A stretch of 64,000 nt of DNA from the IMG/VR virus record IMGVR_UViG_2687453464_000002, positions 1-64,000 of that record. One strand, 5' to 3'. Positions within the stretch are counted from its first letter, which is position 1; every line of letters starts with the position of its first letter. A program made the position numbers and the translations under genes. This stretch comes from a virus. Lineage: Duplodnaviria > Caudoviricetes. Shown here piece by piece: positions 29,012-39,135 of the stretch. The notes below the pieces were generated by a model that searched no databases, had not been told where the DNA came from, and saw only the letters and a list, made by a program, of their open reading frames with translations.

Positions 29012-29302
29012 ATGACCGAACCGACCAAGGTGACACTGGACACCCCAATTCAGCGCGGCAAGACCGAAATCGCCGAGATCACCCTAACCAAGCCGCAGTC
29101 TGGCGCGCTGCGTGGTGTGAAGCTGGCCGACCTGCTGGAAATGGATTATTCCGCGGTGGCGACCGTCTTGCCGCGAGTTTCCACACCCTCACTGACGCAG
29201 CAGGAAATCAGCGAAATGGATCCGGCTGACTTTACGCAGCTGGCGGGCGGCATCGTCAGTTTTTTGTTGCCGAAATCGGCGCTGGAATCCCGGCCGGCTT
29301 AA
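29012..29302 (+). CDS. E: Tail assembly chaperone gpE
   Basis: VTLDTPIQRG...GALRG...MDPADF. Confidence 0.9.
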   Translation: MTEPTKVTLDTPIQRGKTEIAEITLTKPQSGALRGVKLADLLEMDYSAVATVLPRVSTPSLTQQEISEMDPADFTQLAGGIVSFLLPKSALESRPA

Positions 29303-29436
29303 CCGTTGAAGACCTGATGGCGGATATTGCCGCCATCTTCCACTGGCCGCCGTCGGAAATGTACCCGTTCACCTTAACCGAACTTTGGGACTGGCGGCAC
29401 CGGGCACTGATTCGAAGCGGAGAAAGTGATGAGTGA
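29260..29436 (+). other. Programmed -1 frameshift (TTTTTTG) and E' extension
   Basis: P2-type slippery site at 29260-29266; the -1 frame reads ...LMADIAAIFHWPPSEM...* to 29436. Confidence 0.85.
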
Positions 29437-31972
29437 CCGCAATCTAAGACTGCAGGTTATCCTGAACGCGGTGGACAAAATCACCCGCCCCTTTAAGACC
29501 ATGCAGGCCAGCAATAAAGCGCTGGCCGCTGCCGTCAAAAATTCCCGTGATGAACTGAAGCGACTGGGCGCCGCCGGCGACCAGGTGAACACCTTCAATT
29601 CGTTGCAGGCGTCCATTAAGAAAACAGCCGACGAGCTGGCCGGCGCCAAGCTGAAAGCCCAGATGATGACGCGTGAAATGGGCGCGCTTGAGAACCCCAC
29701 CAAAAAGCAGACAAAAGCCCTAGAGGATCAGTGGCGCGCGGTAGACCGACTGGAGCAAAGGCAAAAAAGCGAAGTCGCTCAAATGGGCCGGGTGCGCTCC
29801 GAGCTTTACCGCATGGGGGTATCTGCCACCGATGGCGCCGGTGCTACAAACAGAATCGCCAACGAAACAGCCCGCTATAACCGGCTGCTGCAGGAGCAGG
29901 AGCGCCAACTAAAACGCGCTGGCGAGCAACAGCGCAGAATGAACGACGCAAAAGCGCAATATGAAAAAACCAGAGAGCTGAGAAACAACATCGCGGGAAC
30001 GGGGGCGGCAACTATTGCATCAGGGGTGGCTATGGGTGCCCCTGTTTTAGCGGCAGTGAAAAGCTATAGCTCTATTGAAGACGCGATGAAAGGCGTGGCT
30101 AAACAGGTTAACCCATTATTGGACGATAACGGTAAACGCACAGCCAAATACCACGAAATGCAGCAAGCAATAAAGGCGGCATCAGAGCAACTCCCAATGG
30201 AAAACGGTGCTGCAGATTTCGCTGCATTAGTGGAGGGCGGTGCTCGAATGGGGGTATCGAGCGATAAGGATCCATGGCAAAAACAGAAAGCTGATTTACT
30301 TTCTTTCGCCGCAACATCTGCCAAGGCTGCAAAGGCTTTCGAATTACCCGCCGATCAACTTGCCGATGATTTGGGGAAAATAGCATTCCTCTATCATGTG
30401 CCAACTCAAAGGATCGAAGAACTCGGCGACGCCCTGAACTACTTAGACGACAACGCACAATCAAAAGGCGCTGATATTATTAACGTTCTTCAGCGCATGG
30501 GCGATGTTGCCGATAAGTTGAATTATAAACAAGCCGCTGCACTGGCTTCGACGTTCCTCTCCCTGGGGACACAACCAGAAGTGGCGGCATCAGCCAGTAA
30601 GGCAATGGTGCGTGAGTTGGGCATTGCTTCAATGCAAGGCAAGCGTTTCATTCAGGGAATGAGCCTATTAGGGCTAAATGCCAAGGACTTGGAAAAAGGC
30701 ATAGCGACGAATGCAATAGGCACAATTAGAGATGTCCTATCACGCATCAAGAAACTGCCGGCCTCGCAACACTTAAGCGCAATGACAATGCTTTTTGGCA
30801 AAGAGTTTGGCGACGACGCTGCCAAGTTAGCAAATAACATTGGCGAATTAGATCGCCAGTTGGCGTTGGTCGAGGGTGGCCAGGCCAAGGGGTCTATGCA
30901 GAGGGAATCGAATATCGATAAAGATTCTTTGTCCTCCCAATTTCTTCTGCTCAAGACCACCGCAAAAAACATGTTTAGTGATCTGGGCGAGCCTTTGCGT
31001 AAGCCACTGATGGACGTGAACGACTGGTTTAAACGTGGAATTGGATGGGCTCGGAAATTTATTGAAGCCCACCCAAAGCTGGCTGCAGCGTTTGTTAAGA
31101 CGGCGGCGGTTGTTACGCTGGTTACGGTTGCACTTGGTGGGATGATGATTGGAGTTGCAGCAATCCTTGGGCCATTCGCCCTGCTGCGGTTTTCTCTGAC
31201 AATGTTGGGAATTAAGGGGCCATCGGTGATGGGCATGTTGGCCAGGTCCATAAAAGGCGTGGGTACTGCCATTATCTGGGTAGGCCGAATGATGTTAGCA
31301 AACCCCATCCTTGCTGTGGCTGCAGCCATCGCAGCAGCAGCACTCTACATCTGGATGAATTGGGACACATTAGGCCCGAAAATCAAAAAACTATGGGACA
31401 ACATCAGTGCATATACCAGCGAGAAATGGCAGGCCATCAAAGATTACATTTCGGGTGTTTGGACCAGCATAAGCGCCAAAACCAGCGAAACTTGGGAAGA
31501 AATAAAACGGGCGGCCAGTAGCGCAGCTGAGAAAATTGGTATTGGCCTGAAGCGAGGATTGGACGTCATTACCGCCCCGCTGCGCGCCGTCATGGATGGC
31601 TTTAAATGGCTGCTTGAAAAGCTGGACCTGTTGCCGCAAAAAAACGAGGCATTAGCCCAAACGAATGAGCTACTGAAAAATAACCCCATAGCCAAGAAAT
31701 ATGGCTCGGTCGGAGAGCCGGCGCCAACAGGTTACACGGCCAATGATATGGCTATTCGTTTTACTGGCTCCAGCATGAAGCCAGTTAAGGCACCAAGCGG
31801 CGGCAACTTTTACTACCAGCCGAAGATCGATCTCAGTGTTGACGCCAGGAACAACCAGAACGGCAAAGCCGTTGCAACAGATGCAGTGAAAGCGCTCCGG
31901 GAGCACATGCAAAAAGACGCGGCCAAGGCGCGCAGTAATTTTTCTGATCGAGAGCTGGGGTGGGAATTATGA
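29429..31972 (+). CDS. T: Tape measure protein gpT
   Basis: LQVILNAVDKITRP; long Ala-rich helical protein. Confidence 0.92.
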   Translation: MSDRNLRLQVILNAVDKITRPFKTMQASNKALAAAVKNSRDELKRLGAAGDQVNTFNSLQASIKKTADELAGAKLKAQMMTREMGALENPTKKQTKALEDQWRAVDRLEQRQKSEVAQMGRVRSELYRMGVSATDGAGATNRIANETARYNRLLQEQERQLKRAGEQQRRMNDAKAQYEKTRELRNNIAGTGAATIASGVAMGAPVLAAVKSYSSIEDAMKGVAKQVNPLLDDNGKRTAKYHEMQQAIKAASEQLPMENGAADFAALVEGGARMGVSSDKDPWQKQKADLLSFAATSAKAAKAFELPADQLADDLGKIAFLYHVPTQRIEELGDALNYLDDNAQSKGADIINVLQRMGDVADKLNYKQAAALASTFLSLGTQPEVAASASKAMVRELGIASMQGKRFIQGMSLLGLNAKDLEKGIATNAIGTIRDVLSRIKKLPASQHLSAMTMLFGKEFGDDAAKLANNIGELDRQLALVEGGQAKGSMQRESNIDKDSLSSQFLLLKTTAKNMFSDLGEPLRKPLMDVNDWFKRGIGWARKFIEAHPKLAAAFVKTAAVVTLVTVALGGMMIGVAAILGPFALLRFSLTMLGIKGPSVMGMLARSIKGVGTAIIWVGRMMLANPILAVAAAIAAAALYIWMNWDTLGPKIKKLWDNISAYTSEKWQAIKDYISGVWTSISAKTSETWEEIKRAASSAAEKIGIGLKRGLDVITAPLRAVMDGFKWLLEKLDLLPQKNEALAQTNELLKNNPIAKKYGSVGEPAPTGYTANDMAIRFTGSSMKPVKAPSGGNFYYQPKIDLSVDARNNQNGKAVATDAVKALREHMQKDAAKARSNFSDRELGWEL

Positions 31973-32433
31973 TGATGGCACTCGGGTTATACGTCTTTAT
32001 GCTTGAAACGGTCCCCTATCAGGAGCTGCAGCATCAAATGGCCTGGCGCTATCCGACCAACAATCGCGTTGGGAAACGGCCGTCAGCGCAATATGTGGGC
32101 CCAGAAAACGACACCATTACACTAAGTGGTGTGCTGCTGCCGGAGATCACCGGCGGCCGCCTGTCATTGTTGGCCCTGCAAACAATCGCCGATCTCGGCA
32201 AGGCGTGGTCTTTGCTGGATGGCAGTGGGACCATTTACGGGATGTTTGTCATTGAAGGGCTAGATCTTAACAAGTCCGTATTTTTCAAGGATGGCGGCGC
32301 CAGGCGCATTGAGTTCACGCTTAAGTTGAAGCGCGTAGATGATGACCTGGGCACCATGCTCGGCGACCTGCAGGAGCAACTGAGCATCATGAAAGATCAG
32401 GCGGCAACAGCTATTGGAGGGCTTCTTTCATGA
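31969..32433 (+). CDS. U: Tail protein gpU
   Basis: MMALGLYVF...ITLSGVLLPEITGG. Confidence 0.92.
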   Translation: MMMALGLYVFMLETVPYQELQHQMAWRYPTNNRVGKRPSAQYVGPENDTITLSGVLLPEITGGRLSLLALQTIADLGKAWSLLDGSGTIYGMFVIEGLDLNKSVFFKDGGARRIEFTLKLKRVDDDLGTMLGDLQEQLSIMKDQAATAIGGLLS

Positions 32434-33527
32434 ACACTCCAGACTGGTTAAGCGGCCGGGATAGCACACCCGCATTCAAGATCACTCTTAATGGCAAGGA
32501 TATAACCACAAGACTTGAAAGCCGGCTGATATCCCTCACGTTGACAGACAACCGCGGATTCGAGGCGGATCAGCTTGATATCGAACTTGACGATGCCGAT
32601 GGCGCTGTTGATCTGCCTTCGCGCGGTGTCCAATTGGAGCTGCAATTGGGCTGGAAAGGCGAACCAATGATCAATAAAGGCGCCTTCACCATTGATGAGA
32701 TTGGCCATTCCGGCGCGCCTGACAAGGTGACACTGCGCGGCAGAAGCGCCGACTTCAGGAACACGCTTAATATCAAGCGTGAAAAGTCATATTCAAAAAC
32801 CACCATCGGCGAGATCGTTAAACAATTTGCAGCCCGCCATAAACTGGAGCAGGCCATCAGTCCGCAAATGGCCGCCATGACTATCGACCACATCGACCAA
32901 ACGAATGAATCAGATGGCAGCTTCCTGATGCGCCTGGCGCGCCGCGTAGGTGCGATTGCTGCAGTAAAATATGGAAGACTGCTATTCATCAAGCAGGGCC
33001 AAGGCGTGAACGCCAGCGGCAAGCCGTTGCCGGCAATGACAATCGTGCGCGCTGACGGCGATGAGCACCAATTCACCCTGGCCGACAGAGATGCCTATAC
33101 CGGCGTTTCAGCCAGTTGGCTCGACACAAAAACGGCAAAACCACAAACGGTAAAGGTAAAGAGGAAGCGCAAGCGTAAGACGACCACCACAAAAGTGCCA
33201 GCCCAAGATAAACAGGGAGAATACCTGGTAGGCACCGACGATAACGTTTATGTATTGAGTCGGACCTACGCAAATGCGTCCAACGCTCGCCGGGCAGCCA
33301 AGGCAAACTGGGAACGAATCCAACGCGGTGCCGCGCAATTCTCAATTACGCTGGCCAAGGGCCGGGCAGAGCTTTACCCGGAAGTACCGGTATCAGTAAA
33401 GGGTTTCAAGCGTCAGATCGACGCTGCAAACTGGACGATTACAACGGTAACGCACACAGTGGCAGATGGCGGATTTACCACGGCACTGGAGCTTGAAGTG
33501 AAGATAACCGATCTCGATATGGAGTGA
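32430..33527 (+). CDS. D: Late control/tail hub gpD
   Basis: LTDNRGFEADQL; DQTNESD. Confidence 0.92.
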   Translation: MNTPDWLSGRDSTPAFKITLNGKDITTRLESRLISLTLTDNRGFEADQLDIELDDADGAVDLPSRGVQLELQLGWKGEPMINKGAFTIDEIGHSGAPDKVTLRGRSADFRNTLNIKREKSYSKTTIGEIVKQFAARHKLEQAISPQMAAMTIDHIDQTNESDGSFLMRLARRVGAIAAVKYGRLLFIKQGQGVNASGKPLPAMTIVRADGDEHQFTLADRDAYTGVSASWLDTKTAKPQTVKVKRKRKRKTTTTKVPAQDKQGEYLVGTDDNVYVLSRTYANASNARRAAKANWERIQRGAAQFSITLAKGRAELYPEVPVSVKGFKRQIDAANWTITTVTHTVADGGFTTALELEVKITDLDME

Positions 33528-33600
33528 TTTGCAAGTTTAATATTTGCTTTTTCAAACACCGTGCTATTGTATGTATATCGATACAGTAGAGGCTAATATC

Positions 33601-33819
33601 ATGATGCGATGCCCTTTGTGTGGCCATGCAGCGCACACCCGCAGTAGTAACGAAGTGACAGCAACAACAAAAGAGCGTTACAACCAATGCACAAACGTGA
33701 ATTGCAGTCATGTCTTTATCACGATGGAAACTTTTGTGCGCTCCATTGTTAAGCCCGGTCAGGTTGACCCGGCGCCACCGCACCCATCCAAGTCTGGCCA
33801 AACCGCCCTGCACTTCTAA
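33601..33819 (+). CDS. ogr: Ogr/Delta late activator
   Basis: CPLCGHAAHTRSS...QCTNVNCSHVF. Confidence 0.93.
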   Translation: MMRCPLCGHAAHTRSSNEVTATTKERYNQCTNVNCSHVFITMETFVRSIVKPGQVDPAPPHPSKSGQTALHF

Positions 33820-33823
33820 CCAT

Positions 33824-33847
33824 AAACCCGCCGCCGGCGGGTTTTTT
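33824..33847 (+). terminator. Terminator after ogr
   Basis: AAACCCGCC-GCC-GGCGGGTTTTTT. Confidence 0.8.
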
Positions 33848-33885
33848 GATCCATGTTTGAACCAGCCGCACACAAACATTGAATA

Positions 33886-33901
33886 CTGTTATTATATACA
33901 G
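33886..33901. promoter_or_regulatory. LexA (SOS) box upstream of the integrase
   Basis: CTGT-TATTATAT-ACAG within a perfect palindrome with 12-bp arms (33878-33909). Confidence 0.75.
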
Positions 33902-33938
33902 TATTCAATATGTAATTTGGTTCACTGGATCTACGAGT

Positions 33939-35027
33939 ATGACCGTAAGAAAATTGAGCACCGGCAAGTGGCTGTGCGAGTTCTATCACAACGGGAGGGG
34001 CGGCAAGCGTACCCGTAAGCAATTCGCCACCAAGGGGGAGGCGCTCGCCTTCGAGAGCTATCAGCTAGACCAGGCGAAGGCCAAGCCTTGGCTGGGCGAT
34101 AAGGAAGACAAGCGAAAACTTAGCGAGTTGATCGATCTGTGGTACAGGCTGCATGGCTGCTCGCTAAATGACAAAAAAGGCCGACTTGGCAAATTGGTCA
34201 TTATCTGTAACGGCATGGGTGATCCGGTAGCGTCGGAGATTACCCCACGGGATTGGGCCCATTATCGCGATCAGCGGTTGCGCGGAGAAATCGATAACGG
34301 CTATAGCACCAGTCTTGAAACAAGGAAGGTCAGCACGGGAACGGTTAACTGTGAACAAGCTTTTTTGCGGGCTGTATTCAACGAATTAAAAAGATTGGGG
34401 GAATGGTCTTTGCCGAACCCCCTGGAAAATATCAGGGAGTTCGATCAGCCAGAAAAGGAAATGGCATGGCTGAACAATGAGAAAATAAAAGCACTGATAA
34501 ACGCCTGCCATACTCATGGCAACCCAGAGCTAACACTCATCGTAAAGATATGCCTCTCAACTGGCGCCAGATGGAATGAGGTCGCAAAACTAAGGCCATC
34601 GCAGATATCAAAATATAAAATCACGTATACCAACACCAAAGGGAAGAAAAACAGAACGGTCCCCATCTCGAAAGAATTATATGACGAGCTCACAATACTG
34701 GATGAAAAGGAGTTTGATCCTTGCTACAAGCAATTTTATCGAGTTCTGCGACTGGCGAATATAACCTTGCCAGAAGGACAAATGACGCATGTGCTCCGCC
34801 ATACCTTTGCTAGCCACTTCATGATGGGTGGGGGGAATATCATAGTCTTGCAGCGCATCCTTGGGCACTCAGATATCAGGGTAACGATGCGCTACGCCCA
34901 TTTCGCGCCAGACCATTTAGAGGAGGCAATAGCGCTCAACCCACTGACACAGACGTACAAGGACAGTGGCGGCAAAGTGGCGACAGAGGAAGAAAAAGGG
35001 TGTAATACGGTAGAACAGGAGGCGTGA
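33939..35027 (+). CDS. int: P2/186-type tyrosine integrase
   Basis: MTVRKLSTGKWLCE; catalytic motifs TGARWNE, HVLRH, LGHS and MRYAH intact. Confidence 0.95.
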   Translation: MTVRKLSTGKWLCEFYHNGRGGKRTRKQFATKGEALAFESYQLDQAKAKPWLGDKEDKRKLSELIDLWYRLHGCSLNDKKGRLGKLVIICNGMGDPVASEITPRDWAHYRDQRLRGEIDNGYSTSLETRKVSTGTVNCEQAFLRAVFNELKRLGEWSLPNPLENIREFDQPEKEMAWLNNEKIKALINACHTHGNPELTLIVKICLSTGARWNEVAKLRPSQISKYKITYTNTKGKKNRTVPISKELYDELTILDEKEFDPCYKQFYRVLRLANITLPEGQMTHVLRHTFASHFMMGGGNIIVLQRILGHSDIRVTMRYAHFAPDHLEEAIALNPLTQTYKDSGGKVATEEEKGCNTVEQEA

Positions 35028-35070
35028 TAAGTGGTTGTTTTGTTTGTAAGTTACTGTTTTAAAATGATAA

Positions 35071-35095
35071 ACAAAAAAAGACCGAATACGATTCC
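35071..35095 (-). repeat. Right att core; copy of the SdsR/RyeB sRNA 3' end (partial, not a full gene)
   Basis: Minus strand GGAATCGTATTCGGTCTTTTTTT matches the SdsR terminator 3' half as recalled; 43 bp after the int stop. Confidence 0.75.
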
Positions 35096-35409
35096 TTTTT
35101 ACGCAACCAATGGTAAATAAGCTTAAATATCAAAACATTAACGTCATATCAAGCATACTCACACCTAGCAACACCTTGCATTTCCTTCCAATAAAATCAT
35201 GTAGTTATAAATTTCCCCGTTTCAATTCGGAAAAAATTCGGTAAAACAAACGTCAGAATTAATATGATACCGGGCATCGTAATTCACCGGTCATATATGT
35301 CTACTTTACTACAGCTCAACACTTACTGAGTGTAGTAGAAATGAAAGAACAAGTTGTTGACTTGCAAAACAGCTTGTTTAACCTCCCGGGTATACCCAGG
35401 AGGCTCGTA

Positions 35410-36237
35410 CTATCTCAGCATTAAAAGTGGGAATTGTGTTTTTTCCAACATTGCACTGGTGTTACTGCCGATAAAAAACCTTCTCAAGGGTGAGTGCCCG
35501 TAAGCGCCCATCACTATCAGGTTAATGCCATGTTCGCTAGCATAGCTACATAGCGCCTCAGCGACAGATTCTCCTTTCAGTTTGTGGATTTCAACTGTGA
35601 TGCCTTCTTTCTGCAATATACTTTTAGCTTCAAGCAGAGTCTGGGTATCTCCTTTGACCATAGCAATATGACACTCCAGTCCCCGTAATAAAGGGCTAAG
35701 GGCCAGATACGTCAGGTTTTTTCGACTTTCCTCACTACCATCATAAGCAAACATGATTTTTGACGGTTGAGAGTAAAATTCCGGTACAATTAACACCGGT
35801 TTTTTCTGTAACCTAATGATACTTTCCAAGTGACTGCCAACCGGATTCTTTGTTCCTCGGCGGCCCAGAATCATCAGCCGAATATCCCCCAACCCCCTCA
35901 GGATTCCGTCTAACTCCCCATGCCTTTGCAACAACCGAATATCAGTACAACCGCCCTTACTCAATAGTTCCGCACAACCGGCAAGTATGGCCTTCCCCTG
36001 AGCCATTAATAGCCGATTGCGCTCCCCTTCGACCTTGACCAACTCTTCTGTCAGATGTACCTGGCTATCGATGCCAATGATACCGCTAAGATCAGAAACT
36101 GCAGGATGTGTGTCTTTTTCTAATACATGCAATAAGGATAAAGGTGCATCCAATAGACGTGCCGCCCAAGCAGCATATTCACAAACCGGTCGGGTTGATG
36201 GTGAACCATCAACACAAGCAATAACGGTATTATTCAT
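35410..36237 (-). CDS. Tandem-domain universal stress protein
   Basis: IACVDGS...GSHLESIIR; FAYDGS...VMGAYGHS...GSNT. Confidence 0.9.
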   Translation of the reverse strand: MNNTVIACVDGSPSTRPVCEYAAWAARLLDAPLSLLHVLEKDTHPAVSDLSGIIGIDSQVHLTEELVKVEGERNRLLMAQGKAILAGCAELLSKGGCTDIRLLQRHGELDGILRGLGDIRLMILGRRGTKNPVGSHLESIIRLQKKPVLIVPEFYSQPSKIMFAYDGSEESRKNLTYLALSPLLRGLECHIAMVKGDTQTLLEAKSILQKEGITVEIHKLKGESVAEALCSYASEHGINLIVMGAYGHSPLRRFFIGSNTSAMLEKTQFPLLMLR

Positions 36238-36255
36238 TATCTGTCCCCCTTACTG

Positions 36256-37734
36256 TTAATGCCCGCCCATTAATTTTTCCACTTCCTCGGGTTTATCATG
36301 CACCCCAAATCGGTCAACAATCGTACGGGTGGCTTGGTTCATTCCATGAATATCCACATCCGTCCCTTCACGTCGGAACTTGATAACCACTTTATCGAGT
36401 GCACTGACTGACGTGATGTCCCAAAAATGCGCATGCGAGACGTCGATGACCACGCGTTCTACCGCTTCGCGAAAATCGAAGTAACTCATAAACCGATCGG
36501 CAGATGCGAAAAACACCTGTCCGGTTACCACGTAGGTGCGAGTTGACGTTTTAAGCTCAGATGATACCACCATAAAGCGTGACACTTTGGTGGCGAAGTT
36601 CAATGATGCAATGAGCACACCGGTCAGTACGCCATACGCAAGGTTGTGCGTAGCTACCACCACAGCAACAGTCGCCAACATAACAACACTGGTTGATAAG
36701 GGATGGCTACGTAGATTAACAATCGAAGACCATGAAAAGGTACCGATCGAGACCATGATCATTACAGCGACTAAAGCTGCCATAGGGATCTGCGATACCC
36801 AGTCGCGCAGAAAAATAATCAGGCAGAGCAACACAACTCCTGCGGTGAGAGTCGAGAGTCGCCCGCGACCACCTGATTTCACATTTATCACCGATTGGCC
36901 AATCATTGCGCATCCTGCCATACCCCCAATAAACGATGTGCAGACGTTGGCAATGCCCTGAGCTTTACATTCTCGGTTCTTATCACTCGACGTATCGGTC
37001 ATATCATCCACAATGGTCGCAGTCATCATCGACTCGAGCAGACCCACCACGGCAAGACCGGCGGAATAAGGCAAGATGATCAATAAGGTATCAAAGTTAA
37101 GCGGAACATCAGGAACCAGAAACAACGGCAAGCTGTCCGGCAATTTGCCCATATCACCAACGGTACGAACATCCAAGTGTAGCCACATAGCGATCCCGGT
37201 CAGCACGACGATGCAGACTAACGGAGAAGGGATGGTTTTATTGAGGTATGGGAAGAGGTAAATAATGCCGAGGCCGGCAGCGGTCAGGGCGTAAACGTGC
37301 CAGGTAACGTTGGTCAATTCTGGTAGTTGCGCCATAAAAATAAGGATAGCCAGTGCATTCACGAAGCCAGTCACCACGGAGCGAGAAACGTAACGCATCA
37401 AGCTGCCAAGTTTTAAATAGCCAGCCAACAGCTGGAACAGACCAGTCAAGACAGAGGCCGCCAAAAGATACTGCAAGCCGTGGTCTTTCACCAACGTCAC
37501 CATCAGCAATGCCATAGCACCGGTCGAGGACGAAATCATTGCCGGGCGGCCGCCGAAGAAAGCCATAACGAGTGGAATGCAAAATGCAGAGTAAAGCCCA
37601 ACCTGTGGGTCAACACCTGCAATGATGGAAAAGGCGATCGCTTCTGGAATAAGCGCGAGCGCGACAACAATACCAGCGAGAACGTCTCCACGGACGTTAC
37701 CCAGCCAGTCCTTACGCGTCGAGGACAGCAACAT
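36256..37734 (-). CDS. SulP-family anion transporter with STAS domain
   Basis: [10 protein letters not shown]...GGRPAMIS...GCAMIGQS; C-terminal GQVFFAS STAS domain. Confidence 0.93.
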   Translation of the reverse strand: MLLSSTRKDWLGNVRGDVLAGIVVALALIPEAIAFSIIAGVDPQVGLYSAFCIPLVMAFFGGRPAMISSSTGAMALLMVTLVKDHGLQYLLAASVLTGLFQLLAGYLKLGSLMRYVSRSVVTGFVNALAILIFMAQLPELTNVTWHVYALTAAGLGIIYLFPYLNKTIPSPLVCIVVLTGIAMWLHLDVRTVGDMGKLPDSLPLFLVPDVPLNFDTLLIILPYSAGLAVVGLLESMMTATIVDDMTDTSSDKNRECKAQGIANVCTSFIGGMAGCAMIGQSVINVKSGGRGRLSTLTAGVVLLCLIIFLRDWVSQIPMAALVAVMIMVSIGTFSWSSIVNLRSHPLSTSVVMLATVAVVVATHNLAYGVLTGVLIASLNFATKVSRFMVVSSELKTSTRTYVVTGQVFFASADRFMSYFDFREAVERVVIDVSHAHFWDITSVSALDKVVIKFRREGTDVDIHGMNQATRTIVDRFGVHDKPEEVEKLMGGH

Positions 37735-38293
37735 AGTAGTTTCTCAGTTTTGGATACAGTTAGCCCGTAAGGGGCAAAATTTTTAGATACAACAACCTAC
37801 ATCCGCTGATGGGATGTTAAAGAATACGCGCTGAGGATTACTCAGTGCGACAGAGGTGGGTGATAACTCAGGGTGGCGTAAGACGCATAACTGTTTTTAT
37901 TACTCCTTGATGAATGGTGAGTACACCTTCAGAGACCAGCAAAACCAGATGGTGATTTTACTCTGATTATGAAGCTTGCTTTAGCAAGTCAATCATACAT
38001 TACTATAAACAAAACTGAAATGGGGTCAAGCTTATCCGCAAAGAAGGATTATGGCATACATTACATGCAGTTGCTGCTCCCTTGCTTTGTTCCCATTTTA
38101 AAACATCGTCTATAATTTCAGAAAAGGCAGATATAGCCTGCATATGCCTACTTGATATACCACGGCAGCGTAGCCGGTTTTTTCTTCAGCATATGTTAAC
38201 AGTAACGATAACCCAGGATTTAGCTCATCCCCCTTCGGTGACTTCAGCCGATATTTTTACTTTGGCATTTCAAAGTTAAGGAGCAGCAATCGA

Positions 38294-38608
38294 ATGACCA
38301 TAGGCGAGAAAAGTGCCAAATCAAAAGTCCTAGCATCCCGAGTCCCACGTGAAATAATTGAGGAAATGGAAACCGTAAAATTAGAAGGGGAATCGACAAC
38401 ACACTTCATCGTTTCGGCCATGCGTGGTGAAATTATCCGCAGAAAAACAGAGGGTGGGCGCGAAAGCCCCCTCCTATCCTCCTTAGATGCACTAACTCGC
38501 GTTGAAACCATCGGAACAAAAGCTGTCTCTGAAATAGAGCAGCTCATTGATATTGCTCGTGAGGAGCTTCAACGCCGGATAAGCGGTAAGGTTGGAAGTG
38601 GGATGTAA
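38294..38608 (+). CDS. YlcI/YnfO-family RHH protein
   Basis: SRVPREIIEEME....GES...FIVSAMRGEI.RR. Confidence 0.75.
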   Translation: MTIGEKSAKSKVLASRVPREIIEEMETVKLEGESTTHFIVSAMRGEIIRRKTEGGRESPLLSSLDALTRVETIGTKAVSEIEQLIDIAREELQRRISGKVGSGM

Positions 38609-38775
38609 ACCGCCATGAAATCGTATGTCATATCTCTTGAGCCAATCATTTCAATCCGTTATCGTTACCCAGTGAAAGAATTCCTTTCACACTGTCTATT
38701 GCTTTAAGCCGTTCATTCCCCCGGTTGTCGTGGCCGGGATTTTTTTTGCCTGCCATGTGCTCGTCTATACAACTT

Positions 38776-38810
38776 GATCGATTTAAACGATCGATATCAA
38801 AAAACCGATC
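38776..38810. promoter_or_regulatory. Triple-GATC cluster, candidate OxyR/Dam switch
   Basis: GATC at 38776, 38789 and 38807; ATCG-N7-CGAT dyad. Confidence 0.45.
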
Positions 38811-38942
38811 TATACAACCAATTGTTATTTTGCATACAAACCGTGTAATCATTGAGCACATACCAACTACAACAGCACCAGGGAACTTCCCCACTGCGCC
38901 CATGCCTGCACCGCATGGGCTTTTTATTACGGCAGGAACAGC

Positions 38943-39101
38943 ATGAATACCTTCATAAAAGCATTCGTTAGACTCGGCGCTGCTGTGTCCGCGCTTTCCC
39001 TTATCTCAGGGTTCACCCACTGGCCCGAGGCCATGTTCATCTATAACTTCGTGATGTTGGCCATCTGGGCGCATGCCGAATGGGACTGGCGCCGAAAATG
39101 A
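38943..39101 (+). CDS. 52-aa two-TM small protein
   Basis: AGGA RBS; MNTFIKAFVRLGAAVSALSLISG...FVMLAIWAHAEWDWRRK*. Confidence 0.55.
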   Translation: MNTFIKAFVRLGAAVSALSLISGFTHWPEAMFIYNFVMLAIWAHAEWDWRRK

Positions 39102-39105
39102 CTAA

Positions 39106-39129
39106 TAGCCGGGAGATATCCCCCGGCTA
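39106..39129. terminator. Hairpin between convergent genes
   Basis: TAGCCGGG...CCCGGCTA inverted repeat. Confidence 0.55.
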
Positions 39130-39135
39130 CACTCA

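Larger units (their letters stand above)
476..35094. mobile_element. P2/186-like prophage, about 34.6 kb, apparently complete
   Basis: Full P2-type gene set (cI-cox-cII-A, Q-P-O-N-M-L-X, lysis, R-S-V-W-J-I, FI-FII-E-T-U-D-ogr, int) between direct repeats. Confidence 0.95.

Noticed and set aside
33571-33586. Near-LexA box ATGT-ATATCGAT-ACAG upstream of ogr
   Set aside because: Mismatch in the invariant CTG; cannot be supported as a functional SOS box
38646-38946. Overlapping 85-aa (-) and 73-aa (+) ORFs
   Set aside because: No good RBS or motifs; the region looks regulatory (GATC cluster, terminator)
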